Positions 1-12,352 of a stretch of DNA of 48,377 nucleotides are shown piece after piece (the first letter of the stretch is position 1; the number at the start of each line of letters is the position of its first letter). A program made the translations under genes and the position numbers. Origin of the DNA: Azolla caroliniana (lineage: Eukaryota > Plantae > Polypodiophyta); contig JBHGNT010000227.1 of the NCBI GenBank assembly GCA_043228905.1, positions 1 through 48,377 of the forward strand, given 5' to 3'. The notes under the pieces were generated by a model. It worked only from the letters and a program-made list of their open reading frames with translations. It was not told the origin of the DNA and did not search any database.

Positions 1-330
1 AATTTGTATGTTAAAAAAATCACAGTCTTTTAAAACAACAAAAACAAAGAAGAAACTCTGTACATATTATAAAACAACGCACTAATATAACATTTTTTTC
101 TTGTTAATTCATTGGAAACAACATGCGAACACACACGTTTTTTGTTTTTGGGTGTCTTTTTCTATTGTGTCTATTTATCATCAAAGCAAAAACAAAACGA
201 ACAAGATCCAACCAGCAATCAATCAAATTGTTTTTATTATGAGCATTGAGGAGTGTGTAGTAGGTATATAGAAATCCATTACAAAAATACTTCGCATAAA
301 TATATACATTACATACATATGTATGTATAT

Positions 331-363
<33 letters not shown>

Positions 364-485
364 TAATCATCTATCATCATCATTACAAAAATACTGCATA
401 AATATAAAATCGTCGTAATAAAGGATTCTTCAAGATAGATAAAGAAAACGCCATAGCCATAACAGGGTTAACTGGAGCAGAGGTT

Positions 486-1142
486 TTAGTAGGGAGGGGG
501 AGGTGGCGGCGGGGGAGAGGAGGGAGGCAGAAGAGGGGGTAACATGGTTGGGGAGGGAGGTGGCGATGGAGGCATGGAAGAGTAGGGTGGATGATAAGGC
601 GAAGATGGTGGCATCTGAGGAGGAGCAGGAGGAGGAGAAGATGGCGGTGTGGGTGAGCTGACAGGAGGCCATGGAGAAGAAGTTGGCGGTTCCATATAAG
701 GAGGCCATGGCGGCGAAGACGATGGCGGCGGAGAATACGAAGATGGCGGAGGACATGGGGCTTGCGGCGGCGGAGGAGGAGGTGGTGGTGGTGGTGGTGT
801 GGAAGGAGGGGGGGCATGATGCATACTACTACTACTACCACAAGGCATTGAAGGCGGCGGACATGAACAAGGTGAAGGTGAAGAAGGCGGTGGCGGCGGC
901 GGAGGAGAAGAAGGTGGAGGTGGAGGTGGAGGTGGAGATGGAGAATAGTAGTAGGGATAATTGTGGGGAGACGGTGCAGGAGGTTGAGCCACCATTTGCG
1001 CCGCCTTTTCTGGTGTCGCCGCTGCCATAGAGAAGAAGAAGAGGAGGAGGAGGAGGAGGAGGAGGCGGTGATTATGGGCGGCGGCGGCGGCGGCCTTGGG
1101 CTGCTGCCTCTTGTTGGTCGTCATTATTATTATGGTCATCAT
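486..1142 (-). CDS. Secreted proline-rich / extensin-like cell-wall (HRGP-type) protein, single exon
   Basis: Lies within ORF 486..1244; the likely start is MMTIIIM at 1142. A hydrophobic signal-like stretch (RLLLLLLLLFFFSMAAA) is followed by [14 protein letters not shown] and many SP2-SP7 motifs, and the ORF ends [13 protein letters not shown]-like element lies about 135 bp upstream on the - strand. Confidence 0.75.
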   Translation of the reverse strand: MMTIIIMTTNKRQQPKAAAAAAHNHRLLLLLLLLFFFSMAAATPEKAAQMVAQPPAPSPHNYPYYYSPSPPPPPPPPSSPPPPPPPSSPSPCSCPPPSMPCGSSSSMHHAPPPSTPPPPPPPPPPPQAPCPPPSSYSPPPSSSPPWPPYMEPPTSSPWPPVSSPTPPSSPPPAPPQMPPSSPYHPPYSSMPPSPPPSPTMLPPLLPPSSPPPPPPPPY

Positions 1143-1275
1143 CTTGGGCTCTTCTTTGGCCTTTTGGGCAGGAGGTTTTTTTTTTTGTCCACCTTCTTCC
1201 TTCTCTTTCTTCCTTCTTTTTATGTATGTATATAATATGTACATATGTATATGTTAGATATGACCGGCTCTCTCC

Positions 1276-1283
1276 ATATATAA
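1276..1283 (-). promoter_or_regulatory. Putative TATA box of the proline-rich gene
   Basis: The minus strand reads GCTTATATATGG about 135 bp upstream of the ATG at 1142, downstream of a (GA)n / poly-G tract. Confidence 0.45.
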
Positions 1284-1351
1284 GCACCCCCCAAGTTCCA
1301 ACCCCCCCATGCAAAATGAATAGAACGAGTCCTTTCTTTGTCCACCTGGCC

Positions 1352-1382
<31 letters not shown>

Positions 1383-3015
1383 CCCCCTCCCCCCCCCCCC
1401 CATTTGACCACCCTGCCTGCCCATCCCATCCCCACACATGAATCCAATGGTTGCCAATGGAAACGCAAACCTTGCCGCCACTACCCACTAAAACGTACAA
1501 TCGCCACATGCTTGGCTTGGACTCCCCAAGGACCTCCAAATAATCCTTGCATTGCTACCAACGTTCGCCTTCATTATCTGATGATGCGTCTGCCGAAAAT
1601 CTGAAACTCGTTCGATTAGTAACACAAACTCTCAAACTATGTTGCTTGGTAGATAAGTCGGCGAAGGCCATAGAATAAGGTTGCCAATAGCATATGGTTG
1701 GTTGGCGACTACAAAAGGTTGCAGAATAATGTGTTAGAGTCATATGCACAGTAGTATTTAATAGTTACTACGAATTATGATTATCTGACCCAAAGTTGGA
1801 TCAAATTATTGTCAAAATTAAGCACAATATGCGCCATAGAGATAAAAGACATTCTACTAAGCATTTCTCTTAAGACAAAATTAAGAAGAAAATGTTTATG
1901 AGTCAGATTTTGCGTTTGTTGGAGAGTCCATGTTGCACAAAAAGGTACCGATAATTGGTCATATTTACATTGATGGGAATGCACACGCTATTTACTTCAA
2001 ATCACTCCATCAACTTGAGCCATTTTTATTCCTCCTCCAATGTATGGGGAAAACACTACCTCATTCACCCAAATCCTAAGTCACATATACACATTTGGGA
2101 ATGCACATGTCATCGACTTAAAATCATGATGCCGACTCGATTCATTTTTGTTGCTCCGAATGTAAGGGAAAAATATGACTTTATTCACTAAAACGCTGGT
2201 TGAACTTTCAAACAATTTGGTTGGAAGTAAATTTGACAAGAACAAAGTCTTATGTGAAGAAACACATAACCTTCTTGTTTAATTCCTATAAGCTTCACTG
2301 TGGTGTTTTTTTTGACGATTTATGGTTATGTTGTACATGGAAGGGAACATCAAACAATTGATGCTAAAGCTAACGAAAAGACTTGTATACGTGCAATAAG
2401 CTCTACCACACATTGTATATGCGTAACAAAGCCTCTTTTTTAAAATTTTACTGTGGGCCCAACGCAAACATGTTTACGAGAATCCAAGAATCTCTTTTCC
2501 TTTATTGATCGACACCAAAAGTGGCTAGGGATTTACGACCAAAAAAAGCCGCAACATTATAAGACTTCATTCAACCTGGAAGTCACATTAAGGGCCTTTT
2601 AAACTTCGGAAACGTGTTTTGTGTGGCATGCATGGATCGGGATGTGTTGGGTGGGCTACTTCGAGAAAGATACAAAAGACAAAGGCGTTTACAAACCCTA
2701 AAAAGCTAAAAGCTTTTACTTGCCATTGGTATGTGCATCTCAAATGACCATCCTCCTCAGGAGGAGATACAGAATATCTACCTACAAAGGCCAAAAAAGG
2801 GCTACAACTATAAGAGTGTGAAAGGATCCCATTAGCATCCTCTCTTTCCTCTGTGTGAGAGACAGAGACAGAGACATAGTGACAGACAGAAGGGTTTGTC
2901 TTTGAAGAGCCAGTCTAATACTAACATCCTTTCATCCAAAGAAAAAAGCAAGGAAAAGGCAAAGAGTTCATTTCTCTACAGAAGAGTTTATATATATACA
3001 CATATATATTTCACA

Positions 3016-6000
3016 ATGTTTGGACGCCGCCCAAGTAAGAGTGATAACACCAAATACTATGAGGTCCTTGGGGTACCCAAAACATGCTCTCAAGATGAGC
3101 TCAAGAAAGCATACCGTAAGGCGGCCATTAAGAATCATCCTGATAAAGGCGGTGACCCAGAAAAGGTACACAATTTTTCGTTAAATTTGTAATCGTTTCA
3201 CTGCCCATTTAGGGAAAATAATCCGTTCTTTGTAATTTTGTGTTTGTTGATTTTCTATGTTCTCTCAAGGTATGGAATTATCTTTGGTTTTAGGTTATGT
3301 TCAGTTTTTCCGCATTTTCATTGTCCATCTTCGTAGCTTTGTTTTGTTTTGTGTTTTCAAGGTATGTGATTTTCTTTGCTTTTGGGTCATGTTTCTTTTT
3401 GCATTTTTGTTATTCATTTACCCTACTTTAGATTTTTATTGCTTCTTTGCGTTTTTTAAAGATATGGAATTTGAGTTTATATTTCACTTTTCCATCTTTT
3501 AACCATAGTTTTGATTTTCTTTTTGTTAGTAAAGGTATGGAATTGGCTTTAATTTTGCATCACACTGCTTTGTGCATGCTGTATTATCCATAAGCTGTAG
3601 ATTTGTTTTTACCTCTGAAGATATGGAGTTCTACCTGTTTTCAGGTCATGTTGGTATTATGTTTGTGATTGATAATTTATAATTCGGCTTTTGCTACTTT
3701 TGTTCAAGGTATGATCATCTCTTTGTTTTTGGATCATGTTTCATTTTGTATTCGTGATCCATACCATGTGGATTATTCGCTTGTGATGCTTCTGTTGAAT
3801 ATGTGGATTTCTCTCTGTTCTTGTGTCATGTTTCGCATTTTTCATTTCTTGGGCCACAGTTTGTAAGGTAGTATTTCAGTTTTTTTCAAGTTATGGAATT
3901 CTCTCCATGCTCAGGCCACATGTCTTTTTGCATTTGTGATCTATTGTTTGTAGCATTGGTTGGATGCTTTTTATTGATGCATGGAATTGTCTGTGTTTTG
4001 GGTCATGTTTACAGAGTAGTTGGCATCACTGTGATCCCCATACACATGTTAAGGATTTCAGGTTTGTTATCATTGAATGGAGGATCATCTCCTGGTGCCC
4101 ATTTCTGAATGAAGAAATGGGTGTCCAAAATGAATCCCTAGGTGGAAAGTGTGAAATGGTTGGCCAGATTTAGGCATTGAAATCTCTGTTTGAGGATTCC
4201 TATTCATCATAACCACGCACTCATGCTAAAGGTCGTCAGGTCATATCATTGAATTGTTGAGAAATTATTGGTTACCATCATAGACTAGGAATAGATAGGT
4301 AGAAGATATTTCTTAGTGTCTATAGAGAGGTCAATGTTGACCCATGGGACCTGAGTACACCAGTTTTCTTGATGTGTGTCTCTTTCCTAAGAAGTGCTAT
4401 TCATACTTCGAACCACAATGTCTCAATGTGTGAATAAGGCATACACATGAGCTCAACCTTCTAGGCGTTCCCTTCAGCGTGGCACTCAACTCATCACCCC
4501 TCTTAATATGTCATCATAGCTTTCAAATACTGCATTATATGCTGCAAGTTATATTCATCTTATACTAGCCCTTCCTCGCATACATAAGTGAAATGGAAAC
4601 ATAAGATATTTCAAGGCTGATATGTTCTGGTTGTGACATTGAAATTTTGTGTCGTGATGTGTTCCTGTGTGATCATCTCTTCTTTTATCTGATGTATCCA
4701 ATGGACTGAAAACAATGGTATTGATGACCAGTTCAAGGAGTTGGCACAAGCTTATGAAGTTCTAAGTGACCCTGAGAAAAGGGAATTATATGATGAATAT
4801 GGAGAAGATGCTCTCAAGGAAGGAATGGGTTCGGGAGGGAATTCTGTGAACAACCCATTTGATATATTTGAGTCCTTCTTTGGTGGAGGTGGTGGAAATC
4901 CCTTTGGAGGTATCCATGCTAGGTTTTTCTGTCTTCCCTTGAAATCTACAAAAGAGCTTAACATTGTTGTTGTTCAGGCAGTGGCAGGGGTGGCAGCAGG
5001 AGTGGTCGGCGGGTAAGGAGAGGGGAAGATGTGGTCCACCCCCTCAAAGTTTCTTTAGAGGATCTTTATAATGGAACGACGAAGAAATTATCGTTGTCGA
5101 GAAGTGTTTTATGCCCAAAATGCAAAGGGTATACTGTTTTAGCTTCGGTCAGTGTACAGATTTATTGACTATGATTGATTACTAAATCTAAATGTACCAG
5201 ATTTTTCCTATGTTAGGAAAGGTTCGAAATCAGGTGCAAGCAGCCGTTGTGCTAGTTGCCATGGTCAAGGTGTGAAAGTTACAATCCGCCACCTTGGACC
5301 AAGTATGATACAACAAATGCAACATATCTGTCCAGATTGCAAGGGTTCAGGTAAGTTAATTCTCCCTCTGTGTGTGTACTTCTAACAATTAATAGAAACT
5401 ATAGTGAATGTTGTGTACACACAGCCACTATTAGGCTAGTGATCGCGAATGGCTTTGTGCATGTGGATGCTAGAGGTTTGATAACTATGGTAGCTATGGT
5501 GTAGACAGTAGAGTGATGATTTATGGTTATATGTAAGGGTTAGATAGCCTTTTTTGTCTTTCCATGCATTTTCTTGTTTTTCTTCCATTCCAGATATCTT
5601 AGAGAGCTCAAATATTCTTACTTACTGTGGGCTATTGGTGGAGGATTAGTATATCTAATCCTTATTCTTTGTTGCTCATAATTTAAAGCTATTCGGAAAT
5701 CCTGAAACTTGGAGTTATTTGTAAATACTAAAACTTTGAGTTTTTTGTAAATCCTAAAACTTTGGAGTTAAAAGGTTCTGAATCCACTTGAAAGCTTTCA
5801 TGGATTTTTTATAATGCTTTGTATTCATAATATCCTGTTTGTACGCTATCCTATCTGTGAAGGACATTGTTTTCTAAGCGACCATTCTGATGGAGTTCAG
5901 GTGAAAATATTCATGAGAAGGACAGATGTGCTCAGTGCGTGGGCGCCAAAGTTATTGACGAGAAGAAAACGCTGGAAGTCCATGTTGAGGCAGGGATGCA

Positions 6001-7463
6001 GAATGGTCAGAAGATTGTTTTACGGGGACAAGCTGATGAGGCTGTATGTATTTTATAACATATATTGCATTTCGATAGAAGCATATTTAATTTTAGCAAA
6101 CTATCACTAGATCCGTAACTCTTATTGAGGTTTGAAAACAATATAAAACTAGGTGATGTAGCTGTAAATGAGCATATACGGATGAATACAAGCTTGAAAC
6201 ATCAATTAATTAACATGCTAAAGCAAAAGAGTTTGCTGGGAGATATAATTGGAATATGTTTGCATAGTATCTATCCTGGATTTATTATTATTTAGTCAAT
6301 TCTTTTTATAAGCACAGTGTATGAAGCCTATATTTTGGGATGGAAAAGTTGTAGATTACTGCCAGTTTCTCCATTCTTTGCTTTTGGGCCTCTTAAGGTC
6401 ACAACATTTGAAAAGTAGTTTGCAAATATTGGGCTTTGTATGTATGATATTATCTTTTGATGGATATGCAGCCCGGCGTAGAAACAGGGGACCTTGTGTT
6501 TGTACTCCAACTCAAAGATCATCCTAAATTCAAGAGGAAAGGTGATGACTTGTTCTTCGATCATACCCTGACGTTGACCGAGGCCTTGTGTGGCTTCCGA
6601 TTTGTGATAACCCATCTCGATGGCCGACAACTTCTTATTAAGTCGGATGTATGTGAAGTGATAAAACCAGGTATGCATCTACTAGTAGCATCACTAAGTT
6701 TCGACAAATCTCTATTGTGTAAACTATCTATAGCATGTTCACTTTTTTGTATCTATCTGTAAAACCACTTCTATGTTCACTTCTTTTTCTTGCATATATA
6801 AATAATGTAAAAGATAAGACACTTCAAAACCACCATATAGGCCACTTGTGTGCATTAAAATACTTATTATATCATTATCTCTAAACCATCTATATCATGT
6901 GTACTCAAAGCTGTGTAAACTTTCAGTGCTGGAGGGTTTTGGTTCAGCAGTGGACATGGTCTCTTTGTCAGTTGTATAATTCATTTGAATAATTTGTTAA
7001 AATAAGTTTAAAGAATCTAACTAATGTGGACAAGTGGTTTAAGAAAAACCCTTCAGTTGAACCCACATGCTATGGTTGCATGTTATTGGTAACATGCCCT
7101 CTTCTCAAGGCCGTTTTGGTAAAATAACGTCGACTTGCAGGTCAATTCAAATCAGTGAATCACGAGGGGATGCCCCACCATGGAAGGCCTTTCATGAAGG
7201 GTAACTTATACATCCAATATCAAGTTGATTTCCCTGAGACGGGGGCTTTTACCCTGGAACAATGCAAGCAGTTAGAGATAGTGTTGCCGCCTAAACCAAT
7301 GAATCAAACTGCTGGTGTCAACCTTGATGAGTGTGAAGAGACGATACTATTTGATGTGAACATGGAGGAAGAAATGAAAAGAAAGCAACAACAACAGGCA
7401 GAAGCTTATGATGAAGATGAAGATGATATGGGAGGCCAGAGGGTTCAATGTGCTCAACAATAG
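3016..7463 (+). CDS. Cytosolic type-I DnaJ/Hsp40 co-chaperone (ATJ2/ATJ3-like), about 425 aa, C-terminal CaaX
   Basis: Exons 3016-3165, 4732-4909, 4978-5128, 5217-5350, 5901-6043, 6472-6670 and 7141-7463, all GT-AG and in frame. The protein starts [15 protein letters not shown] and has a J-domain with HPDKGGD, a G/F region, four zinc-finger repeats ([32 protein letters not shown]) and a C-terminal RVQCAQQ farnesylation motif. Confidence 0.96.
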
Positions 7464-8118
7464 GTAGTCTGTTATGAAATGGTTCTTTGCATAACTGTCT
7501 CAAAGTAAAAGATTATAGGTGGGCCAATCATCCACATCTCTATTTGTTACAATACAAGTGACCTATCAGTGTCTTTTAATGCATAATAATGATCCGTGGC
7601 CCGGAATTTTAATTTTTGCTAAATGCTAGAAGTTACTGGCACATTTTATAGGCATGCCTATTCTGGAAATGAACCTCCAATTTCTTCTTGTGTTATCTGA
7701 TATGCTACATGGCCACCACCATACAAGATTTCTTATGTGGTTTAACCATATCCATTACAAACTTTTCTTACTCTTTGTGTATTCTGCTCAAAAATTTGCG
7801 ATATTTATAGTTTATACTGCTCAAAGATGGTTGACGTTTAAAAAATCTTTTTCTTTCTCATAATTGACTTGTATCTAAAACTATTTATAAATGTTTGTAG
7901 CTTAAGTCTTTCAGATGAACAATTGAATTGAACAGTCCCTACTACCTAGATAGGTGAGAATTGAGTGCCAATAGACAAGAATACTTGGTTGAGGATGGAA
8001 TTTTGACTTGATCTAATAAACAAGATTGGCACATCAATACTTGGTTCAACTTATGTAGGTATGTGTTAACTCCATGTTGACTATCGAAAAAAATTGTGCA
8101 TATCTCAATGATGACAAT

Positions 8119-8156
<38 letters not shown>

Positions 8157-8664
8157 CTGTCTGTCTGTCTGTCTCTTAAGTGAACAAATTCACATTAAGG
8201 AGCCAAAAATACATATAGAAGACGATGTTTATGTTTGGGATTGCAATCTTGTAGGTGAGAGTAAAAGGAAAATTGGATGTTAACACCATTGATAGTGTAG
8301 TTTGGTTGGGAAATCATCATATATGGATGCTCCATTCATTTGACACCATTCGCTTTAAAGTTTGAACTCTTTACAACTCCATCACCTCTTATTGAGCTAA
8401 GAATAAAAGGGGTTGTAGGAGTGTTGTCAGATTTGTCAATAATATACCCATGTCAATTGGTGATAAGTTTAATCTTAATCTTCAAGTGATAGATAGATTC
8501 TGCCCTAGAGGGGTAGAAACAAAAGCAAAATGTTCGAATAGAAGCCCATGTTAGGGATTTCACACAATGATGCAATCGTGCCAACACAAACACCAATGTT
8601 TTGCCTTGGTAGTAAGTTTACTGGAATTACTCTAAATTCCTAGGGTGTTTGTATATTTCCCTAA

Positions 8665-8727
8665 ATGGTCAATTAACTCATCCCCAAAGGTTTCACTAGT
8701 GAGAAAAGGGATGAGTTAATTGACCAT
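8665..8727. repeat. Perfect 20-bp inverted repeat (hairpin)
   Basis: ATGGTCAATTAACTCATCCC (8665-8684) and its exact reverse complement GGGATGAGTTAATTGACCAT (8708-8727). The spacer contains the palindrome TCACTAGTGA. Confidence 0.85.
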
Positions 8728-9018
8728 AATTAATCTCTGAAATCACAGAGGTAATTAGTTGTGATGGGGGTTAAGCAAGAGCACATGGAGAAATAACAAG
8801 AACTACTACGGGTTGATGAAGGGCATTGGGGGGATAAGGAAAACTCAGTGGCATTTGTGATATTAGGAAAACCCAGGGGTTACTTGGCAGGTTTGCCATG
8901 AGCTTCAAATTTTCTTCACCAAAACAAGCAAAGCAAAGCATGCCCAAAAACAACAGAAGATAAGTAATGTGAAGTGTGAGAACTTAGAAGCAGAAGCAGG
9001 TAGAAGAGGAAAAGAAAC

Positions 9019-12000
9019 ATGGCTTCTCTGCCATGTCCACCACTAAGATCGACCACAGCTATCTCTCAACGCTGCCTACGAGTTCATCGTTCTTCATCTT
9101 CATCCTCATCTTCTTCTTCCTCCCCATCTTCCTCCTCTCCGTTTCTTCAATCGCCCACATGCGTTTCTTTACGTCTCCATAGAAACCGAATCAGACCCAC
9201 TTTAGGGTTTCCAGGAAGAAGATCTTTCTCACCTCTCAAGAGCTCAGGCGATTCCTCTGCCCCAAATTCTGAAGAAAAGAAAGAAGAGAAGGAAGAAGGA
9301 AAGAAAGAAGAAGAAGAGAAAAACGTAGAAGGAATAGAGTCTGTTTTGTCTTCTCCTTCCGTCACTATAATCTCTAACGGAGAAGAAGAGAAAGTGGGTT
9401 TGCTTAGACAGATTTCAGAATGGTTCAATTTCACTTCTGAAGACTATACGACTATTGCAGCTACCATTGTCTTCTCTCTTGTATTCAGATATTTTATTGC
9501 AGATTTTAGGTATATTCCTTCTTTGTCTATGTATCCTACTCTGGAGGTTGGAGACAGAATTGTTGCGGAAAAAGTAAGTTTTTGTACAATCCAATTTCCT
9601 TGCTCTATTCAATTTAGTGTTTAGAAATTTAATGATATGGATATATTTTAGAATATGGATGCGATACTCTCCAGTTTCATGCTATGGTCTAGAAATAGTG
9701 TGCTTTGAATCATGATGCATTTAGACTTTAAGATATTTATGGCGCACAATCCAGTGTCATGTTCTATTCAATTTAGAGTTTAGAATGCTTATGCAATCAT
9801 GTACTTAGTTTGGATTTAGAATGTATATGTTTTGATGGGTTTAGGTAGGTTTTAGAATGTATCTGGTTTCATGTATTAGGATATACATGCTATTATGTAT
9901 TTGGAGTTTAGGATTCATACCTGATGATATATTTAGTTTGGGATTAATATGTATATGTGATATTGTATTAAATTAGAATTTCAAATGTATGTTCCATGTT
10001 GTATTTAGTTGGGGTTTCAAATATATATTCTATGTTGTATTTAGTCAGGGTTAAAAATGTAGTGTAGTTAGTTAAGTTTTATGATGTATATGCTATGATA
10101 TGTTTGGGGTTTAGGGTTTAGGATGTGTATGGTCTGATGTGTTGAGTGTTTAGGATGTATATGCTATGATGTACCCAGGGTTTAGGGTATATTTGAAGGG
10201 TATGTATTATATGTCAGGGTTTAGAGTATATTTGCTATGATGGGTTTATGATGTATTTGCTATTATGTATTTAGGGTTTAGAATGTGAATGTTCTGATGT
10301 ATAAGGGTTTAGGATTTATATGAGATATTGCATTTAGGTTTTATGCTATATATGGTATGTTTTAGTTAGGGTTTAGGACTTATATACCATGATATAGTTA
10401 TGGTTTTGAATGTATATGCTATGATGTAATTAGGTTCAAAGATGTATATGCCATGGTGTAATTATGGTTTAGAAAGTCTATGCAATGATGTGTAGGATTT
10501 AAAATGTTCATGCTATGATGTATGTAACAACCTAGAGAGTTTGGCCGATTGTTGGGCATGGCTATGGTTTGTGCAACCAAAACTTCATACCATTTACCTC
10601 TTTTTGGAGTTTCCTGTGAAGAAATATATTCCTTTTTTCAAAGAAACAAAGCAAACATTTCTATGGATAATTTAATAATTTAATAATTTAATGTTTGTAT
10701 AACTTTAGGTGATGCTCTCAATTAACTTAACTTATCGTAGTAACGATGCGTCCTTTCCATCTAGATTATCAGTGTGATATATGGAGGAAACGATATTTGT
10801 ATAACTTTAGATGTTTCTCCCATTTAACTTAACTTATGAGTAGGCACTATACATCCTAATTTCCATCTAGTTCATATAGGTGATATGGAAAGAAAATATA
10901 TTAATGAATGTTATTTCGTTCTCATTTCAGGTCACCTACTATTTCCGAAAGCCAGATGTTCGAGATGTCGTGATCTTCACAGCCCCATCAGTATTGCAGG
11001 CAAGTGAGTACAAATATATATTTTACTTCTTTTCATGTATTCTCAACATTATACATGGGGATTTAATGTTTTTGTCGGATCCTCCTCTCTCTCAGGATAG
11101 AGGTTATAATTCGGGGGACGTCTTTATTAAGAGGGTTGTTGCAAAAGCTGGTGATGTGGTTGAGGTACGATGTATACATTCACTAATCTCTTTTTACAAG
11201 TGCCTACATATGCTACGTCCATAGACATCTGGAGGGGTTCCTTGAGTATCTGGTTGGTGTTATGTGGTAGGCTCCTAATAATAGAGTGGACATTAACCTT
11301 TTGCTGAGCTCTTAACTGAAGGGAGGTTAAAGGAGACATAAAAAGGTTTGGATGGGTTTCATGAGTATCCTGCCATGTATGGAAGTTTCCTAATAAGAGC
11401 ATCAGACCTCAAGCACATGAATGCACATTTTGTTGGAGGTTAAAGGAGTCCTTATAATTAGTTGTCGATTGGCATCTGGTTCTTAAAGACTAATTAAGGA
11501 GTCTTACTATGAATAAATGAATTAGACATATCTATATCTGTATCTGTATCTGTATCTGTATCTGTATCTGTATCTGTATCTGTATCTGTGTCTGTATCTG
11601 TGTCTGTGTCTGTGTCTGTGTCTGTGTCTGTGTCTGTGTCTGTATCTGTGTCCTTATAATTAGTTGTCGATTGGCATCTGGTTCTTAAAGACTAATTAAG
11701 GAGTCTTACTATGAATAAATGAATTAGACATATCTATATCTGTATCTGTGTCTGTGTCTGTGTCTGTGTACATCAACTTTGAATTAGTAGGGCTGCCTTT
11801 CTGTTGTGCATGTAGACCTGCCTTTCTGGTGTGCATGTAGGACTGACACATTACATCAATTTTGAATTATTATTCTAATATCTGGTAATTTTAATAGGTC
11901 CATGATGGGAAACTTGTTGTCAACGGTGTTGCCCAAGATGAGGACTACATTGCTGAACCACCACAATATGATATGCAGCCTATCGTGAGTTTTTCCTGAA

Positions 12001-12352
12001 TCCATTTTGGTTTTAGTACTTAATTTTAGCCATTAGAGGGATTTACTTCTCTTTAAACGTGTTTGTTGTAGTATGTACCACAAGGATATGTATTCGTTAT
12101 GGGTGACAACCGTAATAATAGCTTTGATTCACATGCTTGGTAAGTGGGTATATAGCATTTTGGGCTGCTTTGAGGTTGCTTAGTATATTATTGAGGTATT
12201 GTCTCATTTGAAATTACTGAAGGGGACCTCTGCCCGCACAAAACATCCTCGGTCGATCAGTGCTTCGCTATTGGCCTCCGAACCGTGCTGGTAGCATGAT
12301 ATATGAAAAGCAAACCTCGAAACCGATATTGGAGCTTCGAGAAGCAACATGA
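9019..12352 (+). CDS. Plastidic type-I signal peptidase / thylakoidal processing peptidase (peptidase S26A, Plsp1/TPP-like), about 325 aa
   Basis: Exons 9019-9573, 10931-10999, 11096-11164, 11898-11984, 12072-12139 and 12223-12352. It has a Ser/Arg-rich transit peptide, one TM helix, catalytic Ser box [18 protein letters not shown], catalytic Lys FIKRVVA, box [20 protein letters not shown], and RYWPP. Intron 2 is GC-AG. Confidence 0.95.
9640..10520. repeat. Degenerate minisatellite (about 30 bp) containing telomere-like TTTAGGG motifs, intron 1 of the signal peptidase gene
   Basis: Recurrent unit approximating ATGTATATGCTATGATGTATTTAGGGTTTAG(G/A), e.g. 10083-10122, 10153-10188 and 10252-10282. 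Confidence 0.7.
11448..11768. repeat. Tandem duplication enclosing a (TATCTG)/(TGTCTG)n hexamer microsatellite
   Basis: GTCCTTATAATTAGTTGTCGATTGGCATCTGG...GAATTAGACATATCTATATCTG occurs at about 11448 and 11650. Each copy is followed by a hexamer array of different length. Confidence 0.85.

Noticed and set aside
383-1539. Multiple overlapping ORFs (His/Leu-rich, Ala/Glu/Val-rich, Gly/Arg-rich)
   Set aside because: These are alternative-frame and antisense shadows of the low-complexity proline-rich gene and adjacent microsatellites.
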